64,000 nucleotides of DNA, taken from positions 264,604 to 328,603 of the IMG/VR virus record IMGVR_UViG_3300044972_002389; one strand, given 5' to 3'. Position numbers and translations under genes: made by a program. This document shows positions 47,581 to 57,597 of this stretch, in pieces. Every line of letters starts with the position of its first letter. Position 1 is the stretch's first letter. Below the pieces are notes generated by a model. It was not told the DNA's origin. It worked only from the letters and a program-made list of their open reading frames with translations, and made no database searches.

Positions 47581-48028
47581 TCCCAATAGTAGGCGCTTAT
47601 CTTGGAAACTTCTCAGAGAAAACGTATCTCAGCAGTCTGATCCAATTTCCAAAATAAACTTAGCTCTGACTTTTTGGAAACAAGCTCCTATCGAAAATCC
47701 TTTAATAGACTGGGACAATGCCCAAAAATGGCCCTCACCATGGGAATTGCTACACAACAATCGATTTTGTGAAGGCGCTTTGACTCTTGGTGTAGCCTAC
47801 ACATTGATCTTGAGCAGTCCTGAACATTTTCAGGACTTGTCACTGTTATTGATAACTGATCGAGTGAACCATGTTCAAAAAATTGTTGCCAAAACACATG
47901 GACAGGTCTTGAATTATGGTTGGCTAGACCAGTTACCTGCCTCTGTAATCAGCAGTTGCCAAGTGCATTCTCGATGGTCATTTGATGGCCGCAATTGGCA
48001 AAGCCAATTTAGTCCTGAAAAAAAATAG
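47561..48028 (+). CDS. hypothetical protein
   Basis: 155-aa ORF, WPSPWELL motif. Confidence 0.55.
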   Translation: MNPFLLDPNSRRLSWKLLRENVSQQSDPISKINLALTFWKQAPIENPLIDWDNAQKWPSPWELLHNNRFCEGALTLGVAYTLILSSPEHFQDLSLLLITDRVNHVQKIVAKTHGQVLNYGWLDQLPASVISSCQVHSRWSFDGRNWQSQFSPEKK

Positions 48029-48137
48029 TAATTTATAGGGTTTGGGCAGGGGTCATGGATTTAAATAGCCCACGATGCCATTTACAATAGCATTTATAAT
48101 CTTGCAAACAATTTGAAATAGACTGGAAAGGTATGCC

Positions 48138-50441
48138 ATGAGCGTAAGGTCCGACAGCATTTTTGTCGTTAAAAGAGATGGTCACAAAGAGCCTCTTGAT
48201 ATTGATAAGATCCATCGACAAGTGATGTGGGCCACAGAGGGGCTCAGTGGAGTAAGTGCCAGCGAGGTGGAAATTCGGAGTCAATTGCAGTTTTATGCAG
48301 GAATGAAAACTGTAGATATTCAGGAAACGCTAATCAAAGCAGCAGCTGATCTCATTGAATTGGAGACCCCTAACTATCAATTTGTTGCTGCACGATTGGT
48401 AAATCATCATATCAGAAAAGAAGCATATGGGAAGTTTGAAACACCGCTATTACTGGAACATGTTCGAAAAGTAGTGAATCTGGGATTTTATACCGATGAA
48501 TTACTACAATGGTACACCCCAGATGAATTCCAAGTTTTGGATACTTACATTGACCATGAGCGTGATTTTGATCTCACATTTGCTGCAATGGAACAGTGGC
48601 GGGGAAAGTATTTGGTGAAGAACCGTGTCACCGGGCAAATCTTCGAAACTCCACAAATGTCTTTGATGCTGATTGCAGCTACGTTGTTTCACAGCTACCC
48701 AGCTAACGCAAGGATGAAGTATGTAAAAGAATACTACGATGCCATCAGTCAGCACGACATCAGCTTGCCCACGCCTATTATGGCTGGTGTGCGAACTCCT
48801 GACAAGCAATTCTCGTCTTGTGTTTTGATTGAAGCTGATGACACCATTGACAGCGTCTTAGGTGCCGTACCACATGCTATCACCCGTTACATAAGCCAAA
48901 AGGCTGGAATCGGTGTTAACATTGGTCGTGTGCGGGGTGTTGGTAGCCCGGTACGTGGCGGCCGTGCATTTCATACAGGAATAGTGCCATTTGTGAAACA
49001 TCTTGAGTCAGCTGTGCGCAGTTGTAGTCAAGGTGGTGTGAGAGGGGGGGCAGCTACAGTGTTTTTCCAGTTTTGGCACTTTGAGTTTGAGGACATGGTG
49101 GTGCTGAAAAACAACAAAGGTACAGATAAAAATCGCGCTCGTCATTTGGACTATTGTGTTCAGTTCAACAAGCTGGCCTACGAACGATTGATTCAAGGTG
49201 GCGATCTCACACTGTTCAGTCCCAGCGATGTACCTGGGCTGTATGAAGCGTTCTTTGCTGATCAAGATCAGTTCAAAATATTGTACGAGCAGTATGAGCA
49301 GGATCCCACAATCCGGAAGAAAACTATCAAGGCTATTGACCTCTTTACACAGTTCATGAATGAGCGGAAGAACACAGGCCGGATCTACTTCATGAACGTA
49401 GACCACGTGAACTCGCATGGTCCTTACAAACCAGAGGTTGCCCCAGTTAGACAATCCAATCTTTGCCTAGAAATACTTCAGACCACCACACCTCTCCAGG
49501 ATATTCACAGCGAAGATCCCAGCATCAGCCTCTGCACACTCAGTGCTATCAACTGGGGACGTATCCGCGAACCCAAGGATTTTGAACGCCCGTGCCGCTT
49601 GGCTGTGCGAGCTCTAGATGCGCTTCTTGACTACCAGCTGTATCCAGTGCGTGGTGCCGAAAACAACTGCCGCCAGTATCGCAACTTGGGCGTAGGCATC
49701 ATCAACTTGGCCTATTGGTTGGCCCGAATGGGATTGCGCTACAGCGATGACAGTGCTCTTTCTGCCATTGATGAATATTGCGAGGCATGGAGCTACTATA
49801 TGATTCGGGCCAGTGTTGACTTGGCCAAAGAAAGAGGAGCATGCCCTGGTTTTGCCGATCTCAAATACAGTGATGGCGTGTTCCCACACGAAACACGCAA
49901 AGCAGACGTAGACCAATTGGTGCCACATCAAGAGCGGTTTCCTTGGAGCAAGCTGCGTGAAGACCTGCAACAGTATGGCATCCGCAATGCCACACTGATG
50001 GCCTGCATGCCCAGCGAGGCCAGCAGCCTAATCAGCAACGCCACCAATGGTATTGAACCTCCTCGAGACTTGATCAGCATTAAACAAAACAAGGATTTTG
50101 TGGTGAAGCAAGTGGTCCCGGAGTCTCGGCGCCTCAAAAATCGCTACGAACTCTTGTGGGATCAGAAAAGTCCAGAAGGCTACATCAAAATTTGTGCTAT
50201 TATTAACAAGTGGATTGATCAAAGTGTCAGTCTAAACACCAGCTACAACCCCAACTTTTATCCTGAGCGTCAACTGCCTATGAGTGAACTGCTTCGTCAT
50301 CAGATTCTCATGTATAAATTGGGTATTCGAACTGGTTACTACTTTAACACACTAGATGGCCAACAAGAAGTAGACAGCGATCAAATGATAGCAGACAACG
50401 CAGATCAAGAAGAAGAAGCTTGTGAGGCGTGCACCATCTAA
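48138..50441 (+). CDS. nrdA: ribonucleotide reductase class Ia alpha subunit
   Basis: ATP cone VVKRDG, PTPIMAG, FSSC, SNLCLEI, TGYY, C-terminal CEAC. Confidence 0.97.
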   Translation: MSVRSDSIFVVKRDGHKEPLDIDKIHRQVMWATEGLSGVSASEVEIRSQLQFYAGMKTVDIQETLIKAAADLIELETPNYQFVAARLVNHHIRKEAYGKFETPLLLEHVRKVVNLGFYTDELLQWYTPDEFQVLDTYIDHERDFDLTFAAMEQWRGKYLVKNRVTGQIFETPQMSLMLIAATLFHSYPANARMKYVKEYYDAISQHDISLPTPIMAGVRTPDKQFSSCVLIEADDTIDSVLGAVPHAITRYISQKAGIGVNIGRVRGVGSPVRGGRAFHTGIVPFVKHLESAVRSCSQGGVRGGAATVFFQFWHFEFEDMVVLKNNKGTDKNRARHLDYCVQFNKLAYERLIQGGDLTLFSPSDVPGLYEAFFADQDQFKILYEQYEQDPTIRKKTIKAIDLFTQFMNERKNTGRIYFMNVDHVNSHGPYKPEVAPVRQSNLCLEILQTTTPLQDIHSEDPSISLCTLSAINWGRIREPKDFERPCRLAVRALDALLDYQLYPVRGAENNCRQYRNLGVGIINLAYWLARMGLRYSDDSALSAIDEYCEAWSYYMIRASVDLAKERGACPGFADLKYSDGVFPHETRKADVDQLVPHQERFPWSKLREDLQQYGIRNATLMACMPSEASSLISNATNGIEPPRDLISIKQNKDFVVKQVVPESRRLKNRYELLWDQKSPEGYIKICAIINKWIDQSVSLNTSYNPNFYPERQLPMSELLRHQILMYKLGIRTGYYFNTLDGQQEVDSDQMIADNADQEEEACEACTI

Positions 50442-50505
50442 GGTGCATGCTCTTGCTATACGTATCCCCTAGCACATAATAGTCAAAAACTGAGAGAAGA
50501 ACACC

Positions 50506-51642
50506 GTGGCATACCATACACTAGACAGCAGCACTAACAACAAAGATCATGTGAAATCCCTTGCATTCTTGGATGACAGCGGTACTACTACAGTAGCGCG
50601 GTATGATCGCATGAAATACAGAGTATTTGATCGTTTGACTGAAGAACAACTCAGCTTTTTTTGGCGTCCCCAGGAGATCGAGCTTAACAAGGATGCTAAC
50701 GACTTTCGAAAGCTAACTGCACATGAGCAGCATATCTTCACAGCAAATTTAAAACGACAAATTGTGCTTGACAGCGTACAGGGACGAGCACCCAACACAG
50801 CATTCCTGCCCCTTTGCAGTCTGCCTGAACTGGAAATTTGGATCCAAACTTGGGCATTCAGTGAGACTATCCACAGTAAAAGCTACACGCACATCATCCG
50901 CAACATCTACAGTGATCCCAGCAAGGTTCTTGATGAGCTGATGAACATTCAGGAGATTGCAGATTGTGCACGAGATATTACTCAGCACTATGACAATCTC
51001 ATCAACTACACTATGCAATACCATGTGCTGGGTGAAGGAGTGCATAGTGTAAATGGGCAAACAATCACAATCAGCAAGCGAGAACTGAAAAAGCGCATTT
51101 GGATGGCACTGAACAGTGTGAATGCACTAGAAGGTGTGCGTTTTTATGTTTCATTTGCTTGCAGTTTTGCATTTGCCGAACTTAAAAAGATGGAAGGCAA
51201 TGCTAAAATCATCAAGCTGATTTGCCGTGATGAAAACCTACATCTAGGCAGCACACAAACTCTCATCAAACTGTTGCCAAAAGACGATCCAGAGTTTGCT
51301 GATATTCGTGATGAAATGGCCCTAGAGTGCCAACAGCTATTTGAGTCAGCAGTGGCACAGGAAATTGCATGGGCAGACTACTTGTTCAAAGACGGCAGCA
51401 TGATTGGTTTAAATGCACCACTTTTGAAGGACTATGTTGAATACATAGCAGGAACTCGTATGGAAAGCATTGGTATTCCCAGCACTTTTGGGCGGCGCCC
51501 CAATCCATTGCCGTGGACACAAAAGTGGATCAGCGGAAAAGAAGTTCAAGTGAGCCCACAAGAAGTTGAGCTGTCAAGCTATCGTATTGGAGATGCAAAG
51601 ATGGACGTAACAGACAAGACATTCTCCGGGATGACTCTATAA
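50506..51642 (+). CDS. nrdB: ribonucleotide reductase class Ia beta subunit
   Basis: FFWRPQE, DSVQGR, ETIHSKSY, LEGVRFYVSF, DENLH. Confidence 0.97.
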   Translation: MAYHTLDSSTNNKDHVKSLAFLDDSGTTTVARYDRMKYRVFDRLTEEQLSFFWRPQEIELNKDANDFRKLTAHEQHIFTANLKRQIVLDSVQGRAPNTAFLPLCSLPELEIWIQTWAFSETIHSKSYTHIIRNIYSDPSKVLDELMNIQEIADCARDITQHYDNLINYTMQYHVLGEGVHSVNGQTITISKRELKKRIWMALNSVNALEGVRFYVSFACSFAFAELKKMEGNAKIIKLICRDENLHLGSTQTLIKLLPKDDPEFADIRDEMALECQQLFESAVAQEIAWADYLFKDGSMIGLNAPLLKDYVEYIAGTRMESIGIPSTFGRRPNPLPWTQKWISGKEVQVSPQEVELSSYRIGDAKMDVTDKTFSGMTL

Positions 51643-51711
51643 TCAGACACCCAACGTTTTGACACGACGTTGGGTGATCAGGTATATTACAAGAAATACC
51701 AAAGGAAACCT

Positions 51712-51993
51712 ATGATGCAAGCAGAGATTTGGAGCAAACATTTTTGCCCCTATTGTGACCGGGCCAAAGACCTACTCAAGAGTTTGAATATTCCTTACCA
51801 GGAATATATCATCAGCCCTGGATACGATGAAGCACCTGCTGCAACCAATCAACAATATGTTACCAAGGCTGAGCTGTTGCAGAAGTTGCCAAGTGCCAAA
51901 ACTGTGCCTCAAATCTGGATCGACAGCGTGCATATTGGCGGTTATACTGATCTAGAGACAAAAGTCAAAGCTGGCAGCATATCTCCACAATAA
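51712..51993 (+). CDS. glutaredoxin
   Basis: CPYC, TVPQI, IGGY. Confidence 0.92.
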   Translation: MMQAEIWSKHFCPYCDRAKDLLKSLNIPYQEYIISPGYDEAPAATNQQYVTKAELLQKLPSAKTVPQIWIDSVHIGGYTDLETKVKAGSISPQ

Positions 51994-52039
51994 CCTCCTG
52001 GATTTCTCCTTTAAATAATCAAAAAGGAGAACATCAAAT

Positions 52040-52876
52040 ATGGCCGGTGAGCAAGACGGGTATGTGGACTTCAATGACAGAACAACCCCTAATGAAATAG
52101 CGAGTGTGCAAATTCGAACCGAACCTCCCCCACGGACTGAGCCTGCATTTGAAAGTTTTGTAAGGCGTATTGAAAGCTATGCAAGGGAGCCAGCAGTGGT
52201 AGCTATGAATGATGCTATCCAAGCTGCACAAGCCGCCGCAGCAAACAATCCGGATGCACAGCAGGCATTACAACAGAGCTTGGGTCCCGTACAAAATGTT
52301 GGCCTAATAGGCGGGTTCGGGGCTCTGTTGGCAAGTCATAGAGACAGAATTGTGGATGACGGTACTCGAATATTTCGGGCAATAAATGACTTTTTTCAAC
52401 CAGGTAGAGCACAAGATCCCAGTAGGTGTGCTACTGTTGGTGATTACATAGGAACCATACAAGGCCGATACAACGACACATTGGGATCTATTACTAGTGC
52501 TATAGGCCAATTTGTAGGAGCTCTTGTAAGTATCCCTGCACGCATAATTGGGGCTATAACCTCTGCCATTTCTGGCTTGATTGGGGCAATTGTGGGTGGC
52601 ATTTCTGCTGTTGTACAAGCTGCTGCTGGAGTTGTAAGTAGTGCTGTGGGAGTACTCACTGGCGCCATAAGTGGGGTCAGTAGCTTGCTAGGCACCATTG
52701 GCGCTGGTATAAGCCAAGTTACAGGAGCAGTAGCTCGCGAAACACAAAATATCACAACAGCATTAACATCTGGATTTGCATCTGGATTCAGTCGCAGTGT
52801 TTCAGGAGTGAATCCCTGTGTAGCCGCAGCACAACAGGGTTCACCTGTGGCACAATTTGGCACACCACCAACCTAA
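52040..52876 (+). CDS. Gly/Ala-rich hypothetical (probable virion) protein
   Basis: Late promoter at 52012; amphipathic small-residue repeats. Confidence 0.55.
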   Translation: MAGEQDGYVDFNDRTTPNEIASVQIRTEPPPRTEPAFESFVRRIESYAREPAVVAMNDAIQAAQAAAANNPDAQQALQQSLGPVQNVGLIGGFGALLASHRDRIVDDGTRIFRAINDFFQPGRAQDPSRCATVGDYIGTIQGRYNDTLGSITSAIGQFVGALVSIPARIIGAITSAISGLIGAIVGGISAVVQAAAGVVSSAVGVLTGAISGVSSLLGTIGAGISQVTGAVARETQNITTALTSGFASGFSRSVSGVNPCVAAAQQGSPVAQFGTPPT

Positions 52877-52879
52877 TGG

Positions 52880-52907
52880 TTGACAACTGAAGAATCCCCG
52901 ATATACT
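52880..52907 (+). promoter_or_regulatory. sigma70-type promoter for the tmRNA
   Basis: TTGACA-N16-TATACT. Confidence 0.7.
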
Positions 52908-52912
52908 AGGAA

Positions 52913-53180
52913 GTGATGCTGTTGATAGCAGCCAAATAAGTTGTGCAAGACCTGGGGGCAGCACCCAGCATCTCCAGAATTTGGGGATGAAGCAGGATTC
53001 GATTGCAAACAGTAAGGGTTGAAGGAGGCATTCGGTGAGATATGGCCGCCCAGAGATGGGAACAGTTCTAAACGTAAAAATGCTAACGACAACAACGTTG
53101 CATTTGAGTCTACCGGTCTAATAGCCGCATAGTCTCAGCGGGAGGGCAACCCTCCTTGGAACAGAAGCGGTTGCACTTTT
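52913..53180 (+). ncRNA. ssrA: two-piece (circularly permuted) tmRNA
   Basis: T-arm CTGGG-GGCAGCA-CCCAG plus acceptor 3' strand CATCTCCA (to 52976) precede the 5' strand GGGGATG (52983), giving a G3.U70 pair; tag frame 53082-53132 encodes ANDNNVAFESTGLIAA*. Outer ends approximate. Confidence 0.92.
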
Positions 53181-53193
53181 AAAAGGAATTACA

Positions 53194-53880
53194 ATGAACA
53201 CACTTGCTGCCGACTCCAGTTATGACGCCGGACTTCGAACGTTCATGCTGGGCATCTACAATCGAATGACAGCCGCCTTGGTTGTAACAGGAGCTACAGC
53301 TTGGCTGGTATCTAAATTTTTTGCCACTCTCATGACAGGATGGACAGGCATTGGCCTTATGCTCTTGCCCTTGGCATTTGTGTTGGTATTGAGTTTTGGT
53401 ATTGAACGACTCAGATACAGCACAGCCAATCTCCTGTTTTGGCTATTTTCTGCCAGCATGGGCTTGAGCATGAGCACAATTTTCCTCACGTTCACTGGCA
53501 CTAGTATTGCCACTGTGTTTTTCATTACCAGTGCCACTTTTGGTGCTGCCAGTGTGTATGGTTATGCTACCTCACGTGACTTAACAAGCATGGGTTCTTT
53601 CTTGATGGTGGGCCTAATTGGCGTATTGATAGCCAGTGTTGTGAACATTTGGCTAGCCAGTTCAATCTTGACCTTTGTTGTGAGCATTATTGGTGTTATT
53701 GTGTTTGTGGGGCTCACGGCTTACGACACACAAAACTTGAAGAATGATTACTACAGCAATGGTGAAGTGTTTGGATTGGACAGTCCAGCCAAAAGCAGTT
53801 TGTATGGGGCACTAAGTCTCTACTTGAACTTCATCAACATCTTTCAGCTGCTCCTCAACTTGATTGGTGATCGAGAATAA
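53194..53880 (+). CDS. Bax inhibitor-1/YccA-family membrane protein
   Basis: Seven TM segments; DAGLR.FM..IY..M, T.RDLT.MGSFL, LTAYDTQ, GALSLYLNFINIF. Confidence 0.9.
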   Translation: MNTLAADSSYDAGLRTFMLGIYNRMTAALVVTGATAWLVSKFFATLMTGWTGIGLMLLPLAFVLVLSFGIERLRYSTANLLFWLFSASMGLSMSTIFLTFTGTSIATVFFITSATFGAASVYGYATSRDLTSMGSFLMVGLIGVLIASVVNIWLASSILTFVVSIIGVIVFVGLTAYDTQNLKNDYYSNGEVFGLDSPAKSSLYGALSLYLNFINIFQLLLNLIGDRE

Positions 53881-53902
53881 CAGTATCAACAATTTGAGAT
53901 TT

Positions 53903-53939
53903 AAAAAGGGCAGGAATAATATTCCTGCCCTTTTGTTTT
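53903..53939 (+). terminator. intrinsic terminator
   Basis: AAAAAGGGCAGGAAT-AAT-ATTCCTGCCCTTTTTG. Confidence 0.8.
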
Positions 53940-53993
53940 GACCCAACAAAAACACTACATATAATCACACTACAATTTTTGAGTACAGAGAAC

Positions 53994-55871
53994 ATGAGCA
54001 ACAACGATATCAGGAAGCTAAGCGACGGAGACCATATCAGATTACGCACTGAAATGTATTTGGGCAGCAGAAGCCCGCATACACAAACTGTCATCAACTG
54101 GACTGGCAAAAAACTGGAAGCACAAGAAGTCACATGGACACCAGCCATGTATTGCGCTTTTCGCGAGATATTTGATAATGCTCTAGATGAGGTAATTGGT
54201 CACAGCTCTGGATCCCGTATTGACGTTTCTTACGATGAAACAGCAGGCAGCTTCAGTGTGAAAGATGATGGGCGTGGTATTCCCATTGACTGGGATGAAA
54301 GTGAAAACATGCACAAAGCCACTATGGTGCTGGTGTATCCACGTGCTGGACGTAATTTTGGCGAACGTGGGGAAGTCCGAGGCACAAATGGTATTGGCAG
54401 CTCGGCTACAATCCATTGCTGTGAAACCAGTACAGTAACCGTGTATCGGGACGGCAGCAAGTTTACACAAACATTTTCCGAACCCAATGCTGTGTTCAAA
54501 GACTTACAAGTAAGTGATCCCAAAATCATCAAAAGCGCAGCCAAGTCTGGCACAGAGTTGACTTTCACTCTCAGCAAGGGTGTGTTCAAACATCGCATCC
54601 TGCCCACAAGTTTTGTTCAATCTCGAGTGTATGAGGTGGCAGCCAATCATCCCACTGTTAAATTCACATTCAATGGTGAAAAAGTGGTTGTCAAAAACAC
54701 TGTGGAGAAAACATTTTTCTCAGATTCCAACTTCATCAAAATCACCTCGGAAGCAGACAATTTTCTCAGCACATTTTTCCTTGTGCCAAATTTTCAAACT
54801 GAGGGTGAGTTTGTTCACAGCACAGTAAATGATATTCCTGCGTTCAACGGTGGGCACCACATAGATGTGTTCAAACGTGTATTTTTCTCCAATCTTCTCA
54901 AAAGCTTAGAGAAAGAAAGTCGTAGGCGGGCACTCACACCCAACAGAAGCGACATTCAAGAAGGCATCCTGGTCTACAATATTACGCAGATGCACGCTCC
55001 TAACTTTGATAGCCAAAACAAAACAAGACTAATCAATGAGGACGTGGAGTCATACATTCGCACAGCCTTGGATGACGACAAGCTGTACAAGAGGATTCAA
55101 AAGGATCACAAAGAATGGATTGATCAAATCTATGCCCGTTGTGCAGCTCGTACTCAGAAAAAAGATGATGCTGAAACAGCCAAGCTGGCACGAAAAGTGC
55201 TGCGCACCAAAGTGCCCAAGCTAATGGATGCCACAGGAAAAGATCGAACCAAATGCATCTTGTTGATTACAGAAGGTGATTCAGCAGTTAGCAGTGTGGC
55301 AGCGGTGCGTGATCCAGATGTGCATGGTGGCCTGCCTTTGCGGGGCAAGATCCTAAATGTGAGAGGTGAGAGCAACAAAACAGTGTTGGACAACAGTGTG
55401 CTACAAGACATCATGAGCAGCATTGGGCTAACACTGGGACAAAAATGTGTTCGTGACAACTTGAGGTATGGGCAAGTGTGGATCACTTGTGACAGTGACA
55501 CAGATGGCGCCAACATTATGGCTCTTTTGGTTAACTTCTTTTATCTGCACTGGTCAGAATTGTTTGATCCTCAGCAACAACCATTTTTCCTTGTGTTCTC
55601 AACACCATTTATTATTCAAGAGGACAAGAAAAAGAACCGACACTACTGGTACAGTGACGACCACACCAATTACAATGGACGTGACTGGGAAGGTTGTCCC
55701 AAGCCCACTAGGGCAAAGGGCCTGGGCAGTTTGGAAGAAGTTGACTGGCGCAACAGTTTGTTGAAGCCCAGGCTTGTGCCTTTGACTGATGATGGCAAAC
55801 TTGATGGGACTCTTGACCTCTTGTTCAATCACACAAAAGCTGATCTCAGAAAACAATGGATGGAAATTTAA
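53994..55871 (+). CDS. type II topoisomerase ATPase/TOPRIM subunit (GyrB/gp39+60-like)
   Basis: EIFDNALDE, DDGRGIP, G.NGIG, TEGDSA, PLRGK, D.DTDG, KGLGS. Confidence 0.93.
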   Translation: MSNNDIRKLSDGDHIRLRTEMYLGSRSPHTQTVINWTGKKLEAQEVTWTPAMYCAFREIFDNALDEVIGHSSGSRIDVSYDETAGSFSVKDDGRGIPIDWDESENMHKATMVLVYPRAGRNFGERGEVRGTNGIGSSATIHCCETSTVTVYRDGSKFTQTFSEPNAVFKDLQVSDPKIIKSAAKSGTELTFTLSKGVFKHRILPTSFVQSRVYEVAANHPTVKFTFNGEKVVVKNTVEKTFFSDSNFIKITSEADNFLSTFFLVPNFQTEGEFVHSTVNDIPAFNGGHHIDVFKRVFFSNLLKSLEKESRRRALTPNRSDIQEGILVYNITQMHAPNFDSQNKTRLINEDVESYIRTALDDDKLYKRIQKDHKEWIDQIYARCAARTQKKDDAETAKLARKVLRTKVPKLMDATGKDRTKCILLITEGDSAVSSVAAVRDPDVHGGLPLRGKILNVRGESNKTVLDNSVLQDIMSSIGLTLGQKCVRDNLRYGQVWITCDSDTDGANIMALLVNFFYLHWSELFDPQQQPFFLVFSTPFIIQEDKKKNRHYWYSDDHTNYNGRDWEGCPKPTRAKGLGSLEEVDWRNSLLKPRLVPLTDDGKLDGTLDLLFNHTKADLRKQWMEI

Positions 55872-55872
55872 C

Positions 55873-57288
55873 ATGAAGAAGTCTCGAGCAGGAACATCAA
55901 CTACCCCTGTGACACCAGACATTGTGGACATTGGCGGGCAAACAAGCGCCTTCATCAACACAAGCTCCAAAGAATATGCCATCTACACTGCCCAAAACCG
56001 GGCTATTCCCAGCATTTGTGATGGTTTGAAGGATGGACAACGTAAGATGCTGTGGTTGATGAGAAGCAAAAGTGAGAAGGTCAAGACCATCAGCCTTGCC
56101 GGTTCTGCGATTCAAGAAGGGCTGTTTCTTCACGGAGACGTTAGTGCTGCTGAAACCATCAGTAGACTGGCAGCACCGTATCTGAACAATGTTCCATTGT
56201 TTGATGGCATTGGTGCATTTGGCACCCGAGTTGGTCCAGACAGTTGGGGTGCACCTCGATACACTTATGTAAAACGTGGTCGGGCTGCTGACGCATTGCT
56301 CTACACTGACCTTGACATTGTGCCATTGAAGCCCAATTATGATGGCAGCACTCTGGAACCAGTGAACTTTCTGCCACTTGTGCCATTGGTGCTGCTAAAT
56401 GGTGTGAGCGGTATTGCTGTGGGCTGGAGTACAGAGATCTTGCCCCACAGCTTGGAAAACCTAGTGGCTGCAACTGTGGCTGCTATTGACAAAAAACCAT
56501 TGCCCGCACTACTGCCCAGCTTTGATTATCTCAATGTAGGTGTCAATTCTCTTGGCAATAACAGCTATGAGTTCACCGGAAAGGTCAAGATTGAAGGCAG
56601 CACAGTGGTACGGGTAACTGAGTTGCCGCCTGATCTCAGCCTTGAAAAGTTCAAAGCTCGACTAAATCAAATGGAAGATGACGGCAGCATCACCACCTAC
56701 ATTGACCGCAGTACCAAAACAATTGACGTAGAAATCAGATTCAAAAGAGGTTCGATTGAAGGCTGGGATGAAGACAAATTCATTGGATTTTTGAAACTCA
56801 AAAGCAAGACAACACAGCGATTGGTTGTTCTAGACTTCAACGGCGCCAGCATCCGCCAATATCCCAATCCTGAGTCGCTAGTGCAAGCATTTGTGGAGTG
56901 GAGACTAAGTTGGTATGCCAAGCGTTATGAAAAACAAATTGCTGATCTCACACGAGAACTGAACTTTGCCAAAGCTATCAAACTCTGTGTTGAGGGTGGC
57001 TTGCCCAAATTCTTGCCCTTGGCCCAAAATCGTGCTGAAGTGCAAGCTAGAGTTGAAAAACTGGTCAAAGGCGTTTGCCTAGACGAAGACCAACTGGATC
57101 GAATTGTAGGCCTTCCCAGCTATCGATGGTCCAAGGACAGTGTTGAGAAGATTATTGAAGACATTGCACGCTTGACCCTTGAAATTGATGCACTGCAACA
57201 GTTGCTCAAAGATCCCAAAAAGATTCGCGACAATTACAAAAAAGAGACTCAAGCTCTTTTGAAATCTTTGCCTCGCAACAAATCATAA
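55873..57288 (+). CDS. type II topoisomerase breakage-reunion subunit (GyrA/gp52-like)
   Basis: RAIP...DGLK.GQRK, HGD, APRY catalytic Tyr, NG.SGIAVGWST. Confidence 0.93.
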   Translation: MKKSRAGTSTTPVTPDIVDIGGQTSAFINTSSKEYAIYTAQNRAIPSICDGLKDGQRKMLWLMRSKSEKVKTISLAGSAIQEGLFLHGDVSAAETISRLAAPYLNNVPLFDGIGAFGTRVGPDSWGAPRYTYVKRGRAADALLYTDLDIVPLKPNYDGSTLEPVNFLPLVPLVLLNGVSGIAVGWSTEILPHSLENLVAATVAAIDKKPLPALLPSFDYLNVGVNSLGNNSYEFTGKVKIEGSTVVRVTELPPDLSLEKFKARLNQMEDDGSITTYIDRSTKTIDVEIRFKRGSIEGWDEDKFIGFLKLKSKTTQRLVVLDFNGASIRQYPNPESLVQAFVEWRLSWYAKRYEKQIADLTRELNFAKAIKLCVEGGLPKFLPLAQNRAEVQARVEKLVKGVCLDEDQLDRIVGLPSYRWSKDSVEKIIEDIARLTLEIDALQQLLKDPKKIRDNYKKETQALLKSLPRNKS

Positions 57289-57334
57289 ACAGTGTACTAC
57301 AATAAATACCTTTGAAATTCACGAGGAAATCCTT

Positions 57335-57595
57335 ATGCAAGCCAACGAATTTGCCAAAAAGCCACAAAAACCTCAAAAAAAGACCACGCAATCCGTTGTT
57401 GCCAGTCCACCATCATTGGTTGAGAAAAAGTTAAAATTCAAAATCCCTCACCAAATGCGAGAGGTAACACACAATACCTCTCAACCTATGACAGGCGTGT
57501 TGCCTCCTGGTCACTCAGTGAAGCCAGGTAGTGAATTGGAACTGATTAGAGACACTGATCCAGACTTGTGGGCTCGTATATTGAGATGGGATTGA
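57335..57595 (+). CDS. hypothetical protein, first gene of a late operon
   Basis: TAAATA at 57303, SD GAGG. Confidence 0.55.
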   Translation: MQANEFAKKPQKPQKKTTQSVVASPPSLVEKKLKFKIPHQMREVTHNTSQPMTGVLPPGHSVKPGSELELIRDTDPDLWARILRWD

Positions 57596-57597
57596 AA

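Noticed and set aside
52951-52990. Stand-alone tRNA gene
   Set aside because: The T-arm and acceptor strands are in permuted order and belong to the tmRNA; no canonical tRNA was recognised in the window
6020-57288. Inteins or stop-codon reassignment in core genes
   Set aside because: Terminase, helicases, NrdA/B and topoisomerase subunits have normal lengths and are uninterrupted in the standard code; TAA, TAG and TGA all serve as stops
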